Source: a bacterium (GTDB lineage Bacteria > UBA8248). Taken from it: a DNA stretch of 64,000 nucleotides. This document shows positions 50,244-59,676 of the stretch, in pieces. The first letter of the stretch is position 1, and every line of letters begins with the position of its first letter. Location of the stretch: NCBI GenBank assembly GCA_965207065.1, contig OZ242260.1, positions 512,001 through 576,000 of the forward strand. The letters are read 5' to 3'. The notes beneath the pieces were generated by a model. The model was not told the DNA's origin. It searched no databases and saw nothing but the letters and a program-made list of their open reading frames with translations. Both the position numbers and the translations under genes were made by a program.

Positions 50244-50966
50244 TCAGCCGCCCAGGAACGCCCGGCGGACTTCGGTGTTCATCATCAGGGCCGGACCGGT
50301 GTCGGTGTATCGGTTCCGCCCCTGCACCAGTACGTAGCCCCTGTCGGCGATGCTCAGCGCCTGGCGGGCGTTCTGCTCCACCATCAGAATGGCGATGCCG
50401 TCGCCCGCGATGTAGAGGATCTGCTCGAACAACTCGGTCATCACGATTGGCGAGACCCCCGCCGTGGGCTCATCGAGCATCAACACCTTCGGACGGGTCA
50501 TGAGCGCGCGGCCCACCGCCACCTGCTGGCGCTGGCCGCCGGAAAGCTCACCGGCGAGTTGGCGGCGTTTTTCCTTGAGTACCGGGAAGAGGTCGAACAC
50601 ACGCCCCATCGTGTCCGCTATGTCGCCCTCACGGATGAAGGCCCCCATCTCCAGGTTTTCCTCGACCGTCATGGAGGTGAAGACGTTGCCGGTTTGCGGC
50701 ACCAGACTCATGCCGCGGACGACGCGATCCTGCGGCGACAGCCCGGTGATGTCCTCCCCGCCCAGGCGAACAGTACCCTCGCGCATCCCCAGCATGCCGA
50801 AGAGCGCCTTCATGGCCGTGGATTTGCCCGAGCCGTTAGGGCCGACGACGACCGTTATTTCTCCGCTTCGGGCGCCGATGGTGCACCCGTTCAGAATGTC
50901 CGGCCCGCCGTAGCCGCCGGTCATGTTCTCACCGAGGAGATAATCTTCCGAATCATTCATCGTCAT
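50244..50966 (-). CDS. livF: ABC ATP-binding protein
   Basis: GPNGSGKST, LSGGQRQ, LDEP, VEQNA. Confidence 0.9.
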   Translation of the reverse strand: MTMNDSEDYLLGENMTGGYGGPDILNGCTIGARSGEITVVVGPNGSGKSTAMKALFGMLGMREGTVRLGGEDITGLSPQDRVVRGMSLVPQTGNVFTSMTVEENLEMGAFIREGDIADTMGRVFDLFPVLKEKRRQLAGELSGGQRQQVAVGRALMTRPKVLMLDEPTAGVSPIVMTELFEQILYIAGDGIAILMVEQNARQALSIADRGYVLVQGRNRYTDTGPALMMNTEVRRAFLGG

Positions 50967-51739
50967 CGGTTCGGCTTGTCTTTGCGTCGCCCGCCCAGAT
51001 AGGCCGTGATGACTTGCTCGTCGGCCTTCACCTCCTCGACGCCGCCCTGTGCGAGAATCGCGCCCTCGGCCATAACGATCACCGGGTCGCAAAGACGCGA
51101 GATGAAATCCATGTCGTGCTCTATCATGCAGAAAGTGTATCCGCGCTCGCGCTGCAAACGCAGAATGGCGTCTCCCAGCGTTTTGAGCAGGGTGCGGTTC
51201 ACACCGGCACCCACTTCATCCAGAAGAACGACCTTGGCGTCGGCCATCATGGTGCGACCAAGTTCCAACAGCTTCTTTTGACCGCCGGAGAGGTTCCCGG
51301 CCAGTTCGTCGGCTACTTGGGTGATTTGAAGAAACTCGATGACTTCCTCGGCCTTGGCGCGAACGCGCTCTTCTTCTGAGCGCACCTTCTCCGGAAGCAA
51401 CCAGGCCCCGAGAAGGTTTTCTCCCGACTGACCCGAGGGCACCATCATGAGGTTTTCGCGAACTGTCAGGGTGGTGAACTCCTGTGCTATCTGGAAGGTA
51501 CGCAACATGCCCATGGCATATAATTCGTGAGGCTGGAGGCCGGTGACGTTCTCACCGTCCAGATAGACGCTACCCGATGTGGGACGATAGACCCCGGCGA
51601 TTACGTTGAACAGCGTGGTTTTACCCGCGCCGTTGGGACCGATGAGCCCAGTGATGCGGCCGCCGTCGATGGACAGGGAAACGCCATCCACGGCGCGAAT
51701 GCCGCCAAAGTGCATGTGGAGATCAACTACCGAGATCAT
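50963..51739 (-). CDS. livG: ABC ATP-binding protein
   Basis: GPNGAGKTT, RTFQ, LSGGQ, IEHDM, AYLG. Confidence 0.9.
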   Translation of the reverse strand: MISVVDLHMHFGGIRAVDGVSLSIDGGRITGLIGPNGAGKTTLFNVIAGVYRPTSGSVYLDGENVTGLQPHELYAMGMLRTFQIAQEFTTLTVRENLMMVPSGQSGENLLGAWLLPEKVRSEEERVRAKAEEVIEFLQITQVADELAGNLSGGQKKLLELGRTMMADAKVVLLDEVGAGVNRTLLKTLGDAILRLQRERGYTFCMIEHDMDFISRLCDPVIVMAEGAILAQGGVEEVKADEQVITAYLGGRRKDKPNR

Positions 51740-51814
51740 GAGATCCACAAAGAACGCCCGGTCTCATCGCCCGGGCGTTCTCCCATGGAACGGACCACGA
51801 ACAACCGATCCTGT

Positions 51815-52999
51815 TTAGCGGTACCGCACAGTGGTGATCTTCCCACCCTTCACAAGTATCTCCCGGTAGTTGCCCGCGCTCTCACCGGGACCTATCAGTT
51901 CGACCGCCGAGGCGCCCACATAATCGACGTCGCCGCCCTTGGCGAGGATCTTGAGCGCCTTGGCCAGTTCACCGGGGTAAATCTTCTCGCCCGGCGCATT
52001 GGCGACCATCATCACCTTGTCCTTGAGCTTCATGCTCTTGCTGGAGCCGGCCGCCTGCATGGCCAGCAGGAGCAGCGCCGCTGCATCGTAGGCTTCGGCC
52101 ACGAACGGGTTGCCCCCCTTGAAGCCGGCCTTCTTGGCCAGTGCGCCGAGTTTCGCCGCGCCAGGGCTGTCCGTACCGGGAACGGTGCCGTAAGAACCAT
52201 CGAGCGCTTTTCCGATCGCTTTCGGCAGGCTGTCACCGATCATCCCGTCCGGCAGCAAGAAGGTTTCGAATGCGCCGGTATCGACGGCCGCCCGTATGAT
52301 GCCTTTGCCGCCCTGGTCCACGTAACCGGCGACGATCAGGACGTCGCCGCCCGCGGCCGAAAGAGCGCCGACTTCCGCCGTGTAGTCCGCCTTGCCGTCT
52401 TCGTGCGCCGCGGAAATCGTAATCTTGCCGCCGACCTTCTTGAAGTTGGTCTTGATGCTGTCAGCCAGGCCCTTGCCGTAGTCGTTGTTGGTATAAGTCA
52501 AGGCCGCTGACTTGACGCCTCTTTCTTTTAAAACGGCGCTGATGACCTGCCCCTGCCGGGCGTCGGAGGGAGCGGTGCGGAAGAACAGCCCGTTGTCCTT
52601 GAGAGTGGACAGAGCCGGGGAAGTCGCCGATGGGGAGATCATAACGACCCCGTTGGGCATGGCCACATTTTGCAATATGGCAATAGTAACGCCCGAGCAA
52701 TCTCCGCCGACGATGGCGTTGACCTTATCGGACGTGACCAGACGCTCGGCCGCCGCCCTGGCGGCAGCGGAATCGGTGCAAGTGGTATCGCCGCGCACCG
52801 AAACCACTTTGGCGCCGCCCAGCAAGGCGCCGCTGTCGGTGACTTCCTTCATCGCCAATTCAGCGCCTTTAGCCATTGGTGGAGTCAAGGATTCGATGGG
52901 GCCCGTATAACCGAAAAGGACGCCCAGTTTGACGGTTTCGGCGCCTGCCGTCACACTTGTGAACAAAACCAACGTCATTGCAACCAGCAATTTTTTCAT
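51815..52999 (-). CDS. ABC transporter substrate-binding protein (Liv type)
   Basis: Signal peptide MKKLL...AGA; SPSATSP, FFRTAPSD, NNDYG. Confidence 0.9.
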   Translation of the reverse strand: MKKLLVAMTLVLFTSVTAGAETVKLGVLFGYTGPIESLTPPMAKGAELAMKEVTDSGALLGGAKVVSVRGDTTCTDSAAARAAAERLVTSDKVNAIVGGDCSGVTIAILQNVAMPNGVVMISPSATSPALSTLKDNGLFFRTAPSDARQGQVISAVLKERGVKSAALTYTNNDYGKGLADSIKTNFKKVGGKITISAAHEDGKADYTAEVGALSAAGGDVLIVAGYVDQGGKGIIRAAVDTGAFETFLLPDGMIGDSLPKAIGKALDGSYGTVPGTDSPGAAKLGALAKKAGFKGGNPFVAEAYDAAALLLLAMQAAGSSKSMKLKDKVMMVANAPGEKIYPGELAKALKILAKGGDVDYVGASAVELIGPGESAGNYREILVKGGKITTVRYR

Positions 53000-53305
53000 C
53001 GCCTTATCTCCCATTAGGCATTATTCGAAAATGTAATCTAACGATCCGAATGCTCATTGTGATGAAACCGGATTATACACGAACCCAGATAAATGGTCGA
53101 AAAAAATTCTTGAAGACGAGCAATTCCACGCACGCTGTGCGCTGATGACAATAACACCAAGGAATAAAGGGTCTCAAGATGTATGCTTCAGGGTCTGTGC
53201 ACCAAAGGGGCACACAGCGCCGGACGAAGGCGCCGCAGATAACATCCGCAATCTTCTAACGCTCGTATCTTCTTTGACTTCGTGGTGTTTCTCATGATTT
53301 TCAGG

Positions 53306-53382
53306 TGGCACGCCCGGTAGGACTCGAACCTACAACCTTCGGATCCGAAGTCCGACGCTCTATCCAATTGAGCTACGGGCGC
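53306..53382 (-). tRNA. tRNA-Arg(TCG)
   Basis: GCGCCCGTAGCTCAATTGGATAGAGCG-TCGGA-CTTCGGA-TCCGA...GGTTCGAGTCC...GCCA. Confidence 0.93.
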
Positions 53383-53439
53383 GTGATATCCGTTGGTCTT
53401 GTGCGGAAGCCAGGTCCGCTCAAGAATTTGTAAACGCTT

Positions 53440-53516
53440 TGGGGTGAGTGAGGGGATTTGAACCCCCGACCTCCGGGGCCACAACCCGGCGCTCTAACCA
53501 CTGAGCTACACCCACC
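53440..53516 (-). tRNA. tRNA-His(GTG), with genomic G-1
   Basis: GGTGGGTGTAGCTCAG...CCGGG-TTGTGGC-CCCGG...GGTTCAAATCC...CCCA. Confidence 0.93.
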
Positions 53517-53584
53517 ATGCCTTCATCCCCCTCTTCCGCGGTGGCCACGCGTATGGAAAATAGGGTGACGCGATTTCCCTAAAA

Positions 53585-53661
<77 letters not shown>

Positions 53662-54042
53662 CCGACTCGGCGACTTTTCCGTGGCAACCCATTCGCAGGC
53701 GCCGTTTTCCGCCCGAAAGGCAAGAGAAAATAACATAAATCGAGATCGTCAACAATGCCTTGATGAGGAAGCCCATCCTGAAAAAGAGGTCACGATGGGA
53801 AAAGAACAGCTATGCGCTCGGCAGGATTCGGGAAGATGCTGCAGAAGAGGATCATGCAGTCAGGTGAGCAAAAAAACACACGCATGGGGCCTTCCGGCCC
53901 CGCCCCGCGAGCGCCCCCTTCTCCCCAAATTTTTGTATTGTGAAATTAGTATAAGGAAACCGCCGGAAATGTCCAGCGGCGTTGGAGAATTTGCGATTTT
54001 TCCAAGCACTCACACCGAGAGCGATACGGACAATACGAAAAC

Positions 54043-54933
54043 CTACTCCCCCTCGAAGGGTTTTCTGCGCACCCTGCCCTCGCCCACCAAAGCGGCCTTC
54101 ATGAGAAGAACCAGGGTGTTGGTTCTGGGGATGAGGTGGATGAAGCGATCGAGCTTTTGATCGATCACGTCGATCTCACTCTCCGTAAGCCCCATCCCCG
54201 CCACTTGCTGCCTACTCAATTCGACGGCGAAGGGAAATTCCTGGGCGGCTGCCGCCGCTGCGCCTTGCGCCTGCGTGACGGTAATCAGGTATCCCGCTTT
54301 CGCCATCTCTTCTTTCAAGAACGGCCAGACGCGCTCCAGGAAAGCGGGATGATGCCCCAGCGCGCGCCAGACACTGCCCAGCCCGCCGGTCGCCTCGCGT
54401 ATCTCCCTGAATATAGCTCCCAGAGAATCATCGACGCCCACCGGGTCCACGAGATTTTCGGCGCGCATGGTAGCGGGCGGCCCGGTGGGCAGCGCAGAGG
54501 TATCCGCCTCCGAACCGGGGCGGATGCCGCCTATCTTCATGCCGTTGAGCGTGCCCTTGAGCGCCGCGACGAGAATAAGGTTCTTGGGATTCGCGTCATT
54601 GTATATGTCCAGGACGCCGTTGACTGCTTCGATATCCTCTGGTGAGTAGTCGAAGTCGTCTTCCAGTTCTTCCCCTACGTCGGGCACGTCGGGCGGCATG
54701 GGCGGGGCCATGCGCATCCTCAGGTTGTCCGCGCAACGCTCGAAATATGCGATTGAGGCGTTGGGCCTGAGCGCGTCCCAAGCCGCGCAAAAATAATCCT
54801 CATGCACCGCGAGGGTGCGGTAGATGAGGTTCACCTGGGTGCTGCGGAGCACCTGGCGCATATCTTCATAAATCGCCGCGACACGCCCGGTAGCGCGCTC
54901 TTCGGTGATTTCATCGAAAGCGATGGATTTCAT
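54043..54933 (-). CDS. DehI-family (group I haloacid dehalogenase-like) protein
   Basis: Internal two-fold repeat: A.G.VAAIYEDMR..L....VNLIYRTLA...YF..AW..LRP and IF.EIR.....VWRALG.HP.FL..VW..LK. Confidence 0.7.
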   Translation of the reverse strand: MKSIAFDEITEERATGRVAAIYEDMRQVLRSTQVNLIYRTLAVHEDYFCAAWDALRPNASIAYFERCADNLRMRMAPPMPPDVPDVGEELEDDFDYSPEDIEAVNGVLDIYNDANPKNLILVAALKGTLNGMKIGGIRPGSEADTSALPTGPPATMRAENLVDPVGVDDSLGAIFREIREATGGLGSVWRALGHHPAFLERVWPFLKEEMAKAGYLITVTQAQGAAAAAAQEFPFAVELSRQQVAGMGLTESEIDVIDQKLDRFIHLIPRTNTLVLLMKAALVGEGRVRRKPFEGE

Positions 54934-55086
54934 AATCTCCCTCTATATGGCCCGTAAGACGAAAAGCGCAATAGTGCATGGTGAAGCGCAGAAATAATCA
55001 CCCAGAGTATAGGGATGGTGATTAGATGGAACAAGCAGGTTTTTCTCCCGAGACCCTTCTGTTCAAATAATAATTAAAAAAATCAC

Positions 55087-55131
55087 TTGACAAGAAAGTT
55101 GAACAAAATTATATTTGATTTAGTCAAATAT
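55087..55131 (+). promoter_or_regulatory. Sigma70 promoter overlapped by a palindromic operator
   Basis: TTGACA (55087)-N17-TATATT (55110); perfect IR ATATTTGA-N5-TCAAATAT at 55111-55131. Confidence 0.75.
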
Positions 55132-55233
55132 TGAGATATGACATATTTGATAAATACTACAAAAAGCACAGTATGGCGCATAGAGTCAGCCGAATAAATT
55201 CGGAAACAAAAATATAGAGGAGTTCAGAACAGA

Positions 55234-55719
55234 ATGAACACTACGTCGCAAACCTGTTGCGAGGGCACGGCGCTCGAAACACACGACCTCGGCGCGCGTC
55301 TTCACGTGGCGCTCGATGGTCTCCTTCATCTGAAAAAACCCGCCGACAGGGAGGCGGTGTGCCGCCACGACATCACCCACAACCAGTGGACTCTCCTCCA
55401 CATGCTCGCAGGCGCTGAAGCGGAACCCCTCCCCATGGGAGTCATCGCCAGACGAATGCGCCTCACCCCGAGCGGCGTTACGCGCTGCGCTGACCCGCTC
55501 GTCGAGCGCGGCCTGATAGAGCGCTGCATGAAGGCAGGAGACCGCCGCGTGTGCTGCCTGAGTCTGAGCGAGGCGGGAGTGGCGCTTCATGGGACTATCT
55601 CGGAAAGCTGCGCGCTCGAGGACGGCGCGCTTCTGGATAAATTCTCCCCTGCGGAGAAAGAAGAGATCGTCCGCGCGATAGAAAAACTCGCGCGCGCCGC
55701 CGAGGAGTTATCTTCATGA
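55234..55719 (+). CDS. Cys-rich MarR-family transcriptional regulator
   Basis: IT.NQW..L, TPSGVTR..D.LV.RGLIER, DRRV...LS..G; two CC pairs. Confidence 0.88.
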   Translation: MNTTSQTCCEGTALETHDLGARLHVALDGLLHLKKPADREAVCRHDITHNQWTLLHMLAGAEAEPLPMGVIARRMRLTPSGVTRCADPLVERGLIERCMKAGDRRVCCLSLSEAGVALHGTISESCALEDGALLDKFSPAEKEEIVRAIEKLARAAEELSS

Positions 55720-56813
55720 TCACCGAAGTGAAATCAACGCCTGCCGCTGATAACCTTGCATCGTCCACCGAGGAAGCCTCCTGCTGCGCGCCGGAGCCGA
55801 AAGCCAAGTGGACTTCCCCCTACCTGTGGGGCTTCCTATCGATAGGCGCGCTATTTGCGCTCATCCTTTGGGCGGGAGCGGAACGAGAGATTTCCGCCGG
55901 TCTCATCACCGCCGAGATCAAGCGAAACATCTTATTCATGCTGAACAGCTTCTGGGGCATCGCGCCCTTTTTCCTCCTGAGCGTGGGGGTCTCGGCGTGG
56001 GTCACCGTCGCCGGGTACGCGGACAAGATAAAAGCGGTGTTCGACAAGCGCCAGGGCATGGCCATCGCCAGCGCTTCCGCAGTGGGCGCCGTGGTTCCGT
56101 TTTGCTCCTGCGGCGTCATCCCCCTGATCGCCGCCATGCTGGCAAGCGGCGTACCGCTTGGACCCGTGATGGCCTTCTGGATCAGTTCGCCCCTGATGAG
56201 TCCTGAGAAATTCGTGCTGACAGCGGGCGTTCTGGGCACGGACTACGCCGTAGCGCGGCTCGTCAGCGCGGTTGTTTTGGGTGCCGCCGCAGGCTACGCC
56301 ACCTACCTCATCGGGCGAAGCGGAAGGCTCGACGGGGAACTCAGGAGCATCGTTGCGCCGGGTGCGCAAGAAACCCAAGGTGAAACCCGGATGCACAGGC
56401 CGTCTTTGAGCGGCTTCGCCACTCAGGCGAGCAGCGTGGGCCTTTACCTCGCCAAGTGGCTGGCGGTGGCGTTTTTCCTGGAAGCGCTCATCGTTCACTA
56501 CGTCGACCCCGCGTGGATAGGCGCGATACTCGGCAAAGACAACCCCTGGTCGATCCCCCTGGCGAGCGCGGTGGGAATACCGCTCTACACATCGGGCGTC
56601 GCCGCCATCCCCATCACCAAGGGACTCCTTGCCGCCGGCATGGGCGGGGGCGCTGCCATGGCATTTCTCATCGCGGGTCCCGTCACGTGCGTACCCGCCA
56701 TGGCCGGCGTGTGGGCGTTGGTGAAGCGTAAAGTTTTCGCCATCTATCTGGCGACGGGCATCGTTGGCTCGCTAGTCGCGGGATTCGCCTTTCAGCTTCT
56801 CGTCCGGTCTTGA
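55716..56813 (+). CDS. DUF318/ArsP-like permease
   Basis: PFCSCGVIP, MAF.ISSPL, GIPLY, G.AMAFLIAGP; ATGA overlap with marR. Confidence 0.85.
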   Translation: MITEVKSTPAADNLASSTEEASCCAPEPKAKWTSPYLWGFLSIGALFALILWAGAEREISAGLITAEIKRNILFMLNSFWGIAPFFLLSVGVSAWVTVAGYADKIKAVFDKRQGMAIASASAVGAVVPFCSCGVIPLIAAMLASGVPLGPVMAFWISSPLMSPEKFVLTAGVLGTDYAVARLVSAVVLGAAAGYATYLIGRSGRLDGELRSIVAPGAQETQGETRMHRPSLSGFATQASSVGLYLAKWLAVAFFLEALIVHYVDPAWIGAILGKDNPWSIPLASAVGIPLYTSGVAAIPITKGLLAAGMGGGAAMAFLIAGPVTCVPAMAGVWALVKRKVFAIYLATGIVGSLVAGFAFQLLVRS

Positions 56814-56820
56814 GGCTTCA

Positions 56821-56852
56821 GGCCCCCCGTCCTCGGGGGGTCTTCGCTTTTT
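56821..56852 (+). terminator. Probable intrinsic terminator
   Basis: GGCCCCCCG-TCCT-CGGGGGGTC hairpin followed by a T-rich tract. Confidence 0.6.
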
Positions 56853-56951
56853 CCCTATCAACAATCCCCTTGCTCCTCTCGACAAGATGCGCTCGTGGCC
56901 GTAATCTCCCAGAAAATTCACGAGATATTTCTACCCTGGAGACATGCGAAA

Positions 56952-57809
56952 ATGCCGATATCCCTTCACGCCGCCGAGTACTCTGAACCAAGCCAAATGA
57001 GCGTTGGCTACGTCATCACCACGCCCGAGGTGCGCTCGCCCCTGATGCCGGGCGTGCGCGGGGATTTCGGCGAAAACCTGGGCGTCCTCAAGGAATTGGG
57101 CTACGACACTTTGGAGGTCGCCATGCGCGACCCCGAGGACCCCGACGCACAGGGGGTGGAGGCGGAAATCGCACGCTCGGGCTTTTCGGTGACGATGATA
57201 GGTTCGGCCCCCAGCGAGCTTCAGGACGGGGTGATGATGTGCCACCCCGACGCCGAGATCCGTGATGCGGGCGCCGCCCGGCTGCGCTCGCTTATCGATG
57301 CGGGTGAGAAACTCGGCGCCCTCGGCGTGAACATCGGCCGGTTCCGCGGCACGTGCATTCCCGGCGAGATGTGGGAGACCTCGAACGGCTGGATGCGCGA
57401 CGCCATGCGCGCGGGTGCCGACTACGCCGCTGCGCGCGGCATGAAAATCTACATCGAACCCTACAACCGCTACGAGACCAACTTCATCAACACCGTGCGC
57501 CAGGGGATGGAATACGTGAAGGAGGAGAACCACGCCGGCCTCGCGCTGATGATCGACAGCTGCTGGATGAATTCCGAGGACGCCTCCATCCCCGGGGCCA
57601 TCTTCGCCGCGCGCGATTGGATAGAATACGTGCACGTGGCCGATTCCACGCGCGGCTATCCGGGTTCGGCCCACATCCACTTCGGCGACTTCATCCGCGC
57701 GCTGCGCGAGATCGGCTACGAGGGCGTGCTATCGGTGCAGATCGACCAGAAGCCCGCCTTCCGGGTCGCGGCGGAGCGGAGTATCCGGCTGCTCAGGTGT
57801 TTTTTGTGA
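56952..57809 (+). CDS. Sugar phosphate isomerase/epimerase (xylose isomerase-like TIM barrel)
   Basis: IEPYNRYETNFINT, D..WMN.E, VHVADS.R.YPG..H. Confidence 0.85.
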   Translation: MPISLHAAEYSEPSQMSVGYVITTPEVRSPLMPGVRGDFGENLGVLKELGYDTLEVAMRDPEDPDAQGVEAEIARSGFSVTMIGSAPSELQDGVMMCHPDAEIRDAGAARLRSLIDAGEKLGALGVNIGRFRGTCIPGEMWETSNGWMRDAMRAGADYAAARGMKIYIEPYNRYETNFINTVRQGMEYVKEENHAGLALMIDSCWMNSEDASIPGAIFAARDWIEYVHVADSTRGYPGSAHIHFGDFIRALREIGYEGVLSVQIDQKPAFRVAAERSIRLLRCFL

Positions 57810-57903
57810 CGCGAGGTTTTCGGATAGGTATCAGGTAACGGGAGAGACAGCGTGCAACCCCGCCGAGGCAGATACCGGAGTGAACCCGCACCACCCTTCT
57901 CTT

Positions 57904-58221
57904 CTAAATCGCACGCGGCAATGCGGCTTGAGACGGTGGATTTTCCCTCGTAGGCAGAAGGCGGATATTATCGCCTGATTCTTCCTCGGCGCAGGCGAGC
58001 TCAAAATGCGCCTGCAGGTTGAGCCAAAACTCGGGTGCGACGCCGAACCAGTGGCCCAGACGCAGGGCCGTATCCCCGGTGATTGCTCTCTTCCCGTTGA
58101 TGATCTGACTCACCCGATTGGGCGGCACGCTGATCTGGCGCGCGAATTCGGTGGGCGTGACGCCGAGATCCGTCAATTCGTCCTTAAAAATCCCGCTAGG
58201 ATGAACGGCTCGCTTGAGCAC
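57904..58221 (-). CDS. higA: HigA-family antitoxin (HTH)
   Basis: VHP..I, SQIINGKRAIT.DTALRL..FG..PEFWLNLQ; AAGGAG RBS. Confidence 0.88.
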   Translation of the reverse strand: MLKRAVHPSGIFKDELTDLGVTPTEFARQISVPPNRVSQIINGKRAITGDTALRLGHWFGVAPEFWLNLQAHFELACAEEESGDNIRLLPTRENPPSQAALPRAI

Positions 58222-58234
58222 CTGTGTTTCTCCT

Positions 58235-58699
58235 TTACTTCTCGCATTCCCCTTTCGCGAGCTTGGTGGCGATGTGGGCCGGAAAGGCGGGGAAGATCTC
58301 GATGAGCCTTTTCTCCTTCTCGTCGCGGACTACGACGGTGTGCGAATGCCTCCTCGACAGGAAAAACCCAGTGAGGCGAAAACGCCCGAAGGGCTGCCAG
58401 GTGAGGATGAAAGGATAGGTGACGGATTTTTCCTTGTTGAAGGGCCGCGTGATGAGGAGTTCCCCTTCGCCTCCTATGGGGTAGGCCAGCTTCTTGAACT
58501 CGCCCTTTTTGCGCTCCACCAGCCAGACGGCCAGATCGCGCTTGTCGGCCGGAAGCGTGATGCGAACCTTCTGCTCCACCTTGTAGCCGTTCAGGATAGT
58601 ATAGCTCACCCGGCAGTTGAACACGCTTTCCACGTTTGTCTCTGCGCTTGCGGAGACAACAGAAGCGAGCACTGCAATGACACAAACGATGCGCTTCAT
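58235..58699 (-). CDS. Hypothetical exported protein
   Basis: Signal-peptide-like MKRIVCVIAVLASVVSASA; no recognised domain. Confidence 0.55.
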   Translation of the reverse strand: MKRIVCVIAVLASVVSASAETNVESVFNCRVSYTILNGYKVEQKVRITLPADKRDLAVWLVERKKGEFKKLAYPIGGEGELLITRPFNKEKSVTYPFILTWQPFGRFRLTGFFLSRRHSHTVVVRDEKEKRLIEIFPAFPAHIATKLAKGECEK

Positions 58700-58842
58700 G
58701 CGGAAACCTCGGAAGTGGAGGGGTCGCATCCGGTAACAAACAGGTCACATTATGGACGATTCTAGCGGATGATTTCCAGCGGGGGCCTCAGAAGGGTAGG
58801 GCTGACACCCTCTGCTATGAAATACAATAGCCTCCCCACAAC

Positions 58843-58878
58843 AAAAACGCCCCGGAGCCGATGCCCCGGGGCGATTTT
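58843..58878 (-). terminator. Intrinsic terminator after the AhpD-like gene
   Basis: AAAAACGCCCCGG...CCGGGGCGATTTT. Confidence 0.7.
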
Positions 58879-58891
58879 GATCGGAAGGAGT

Positions 58892-59569
58892 TCAGCCGTT
58901 CCTGTTCGGGTCCTGGGCGTCTGGTTCAGGGTACTCGTTCGGCCAGTGGTCGACTATCGTCTTGTAGTAGGTCTTGACCTTCCCGCCGTCCAAATAGAGG
59001 GATTTCTTGATCTTGTCGACTTCCTTTTGCTCCTCGAGCGGGATGCCGAGTGAATCCATGAAGCGGTTGAAGAGGTTGAACAGCCCGCTCACCATCGTGA
59101 GTTCGACGATTTCGGCTTCGGAGAAGTGTTTGCGCACCTCCTCGAAAACGTCGTTTTTCGAGCGCGCCGTGTTGAGCGTTACGTGCTCCGCCCACAGGAT
59201 GGCCGCCTTCTCGCGCGGGGTGAATAAATCCGATTCCATGTAGGCGTCCGTGCTGATGACTTCCACCTGCTCGGGGCTGATGCCGGCCGCTTGACCAAGC
59301 GACGTGTTGTGCGCGTATCAGTAGGCGCACCCGTTGAGATGGCTCGTCTTGATGACAACCATCTCCTTGACCTTCGTCTTGAGGATGCTGCCCCCGCCCT
59401 CGCGCTGGAGCGTCGCGATAAAGGGCAGCATGGCCTTGGCGACGTGGGGGGTCTTGGCCAGCACCCGCATCGAATGCGGCACGCGGCCCAGCATGGCGGT
59501 GGTGGCATCGTAGAGGCGGGCCACGTCGCCGTCCGCCTCCTCGGGCTGAATCATCTCGATCCTGGACAT
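58892..59569 (-). CDS. AhpD/carboxymuconolactone-decarboxylase-family selenoprotein (CxxU, UGA at codon 84)
   Basis: The 83-aa and 124-aa ORFs are in one frame separated by a single TGA (59318-59320): ...KEMVVIKTSHLNGCAY-U-YAHNTSLG...FTPREKAAILWAEHVT...EIVELT...FNRF. Confidence 0.8.
59286..59303 (-). promoter_or_regulatory. Putative SECIS hairpin of the AhpD-like gene
   Basis: GUCGCUU-GGUC-AAGCGGC 7-bp stem; loop 21 nt after the UGA. Confidence 0.65.
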
Positions 59570-59676
59570 ACCTGATATCTCCTGTCTGCGCGTCCCATGA
59601 GAAAACGGACGCCTTGTTCATCACTGGCCGCCATCACGGCTCGGCGGCCACAATCAAATAACATTAACTGTGTGCA

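Noticed and set aside
53681-54160. 159-aa ORF between the tRNA cluster and the DehI-like gene
   Set aside because: No recognisable motif or RBS and it overlaps the DehI-like 3' end.
57798-57827. C-F-L-TGA at the end of the epimerase as a CxxU motif
   Set aside because: Falls at the natural end of the domain, no convincing hairpin, and a TAG follows five codons later.
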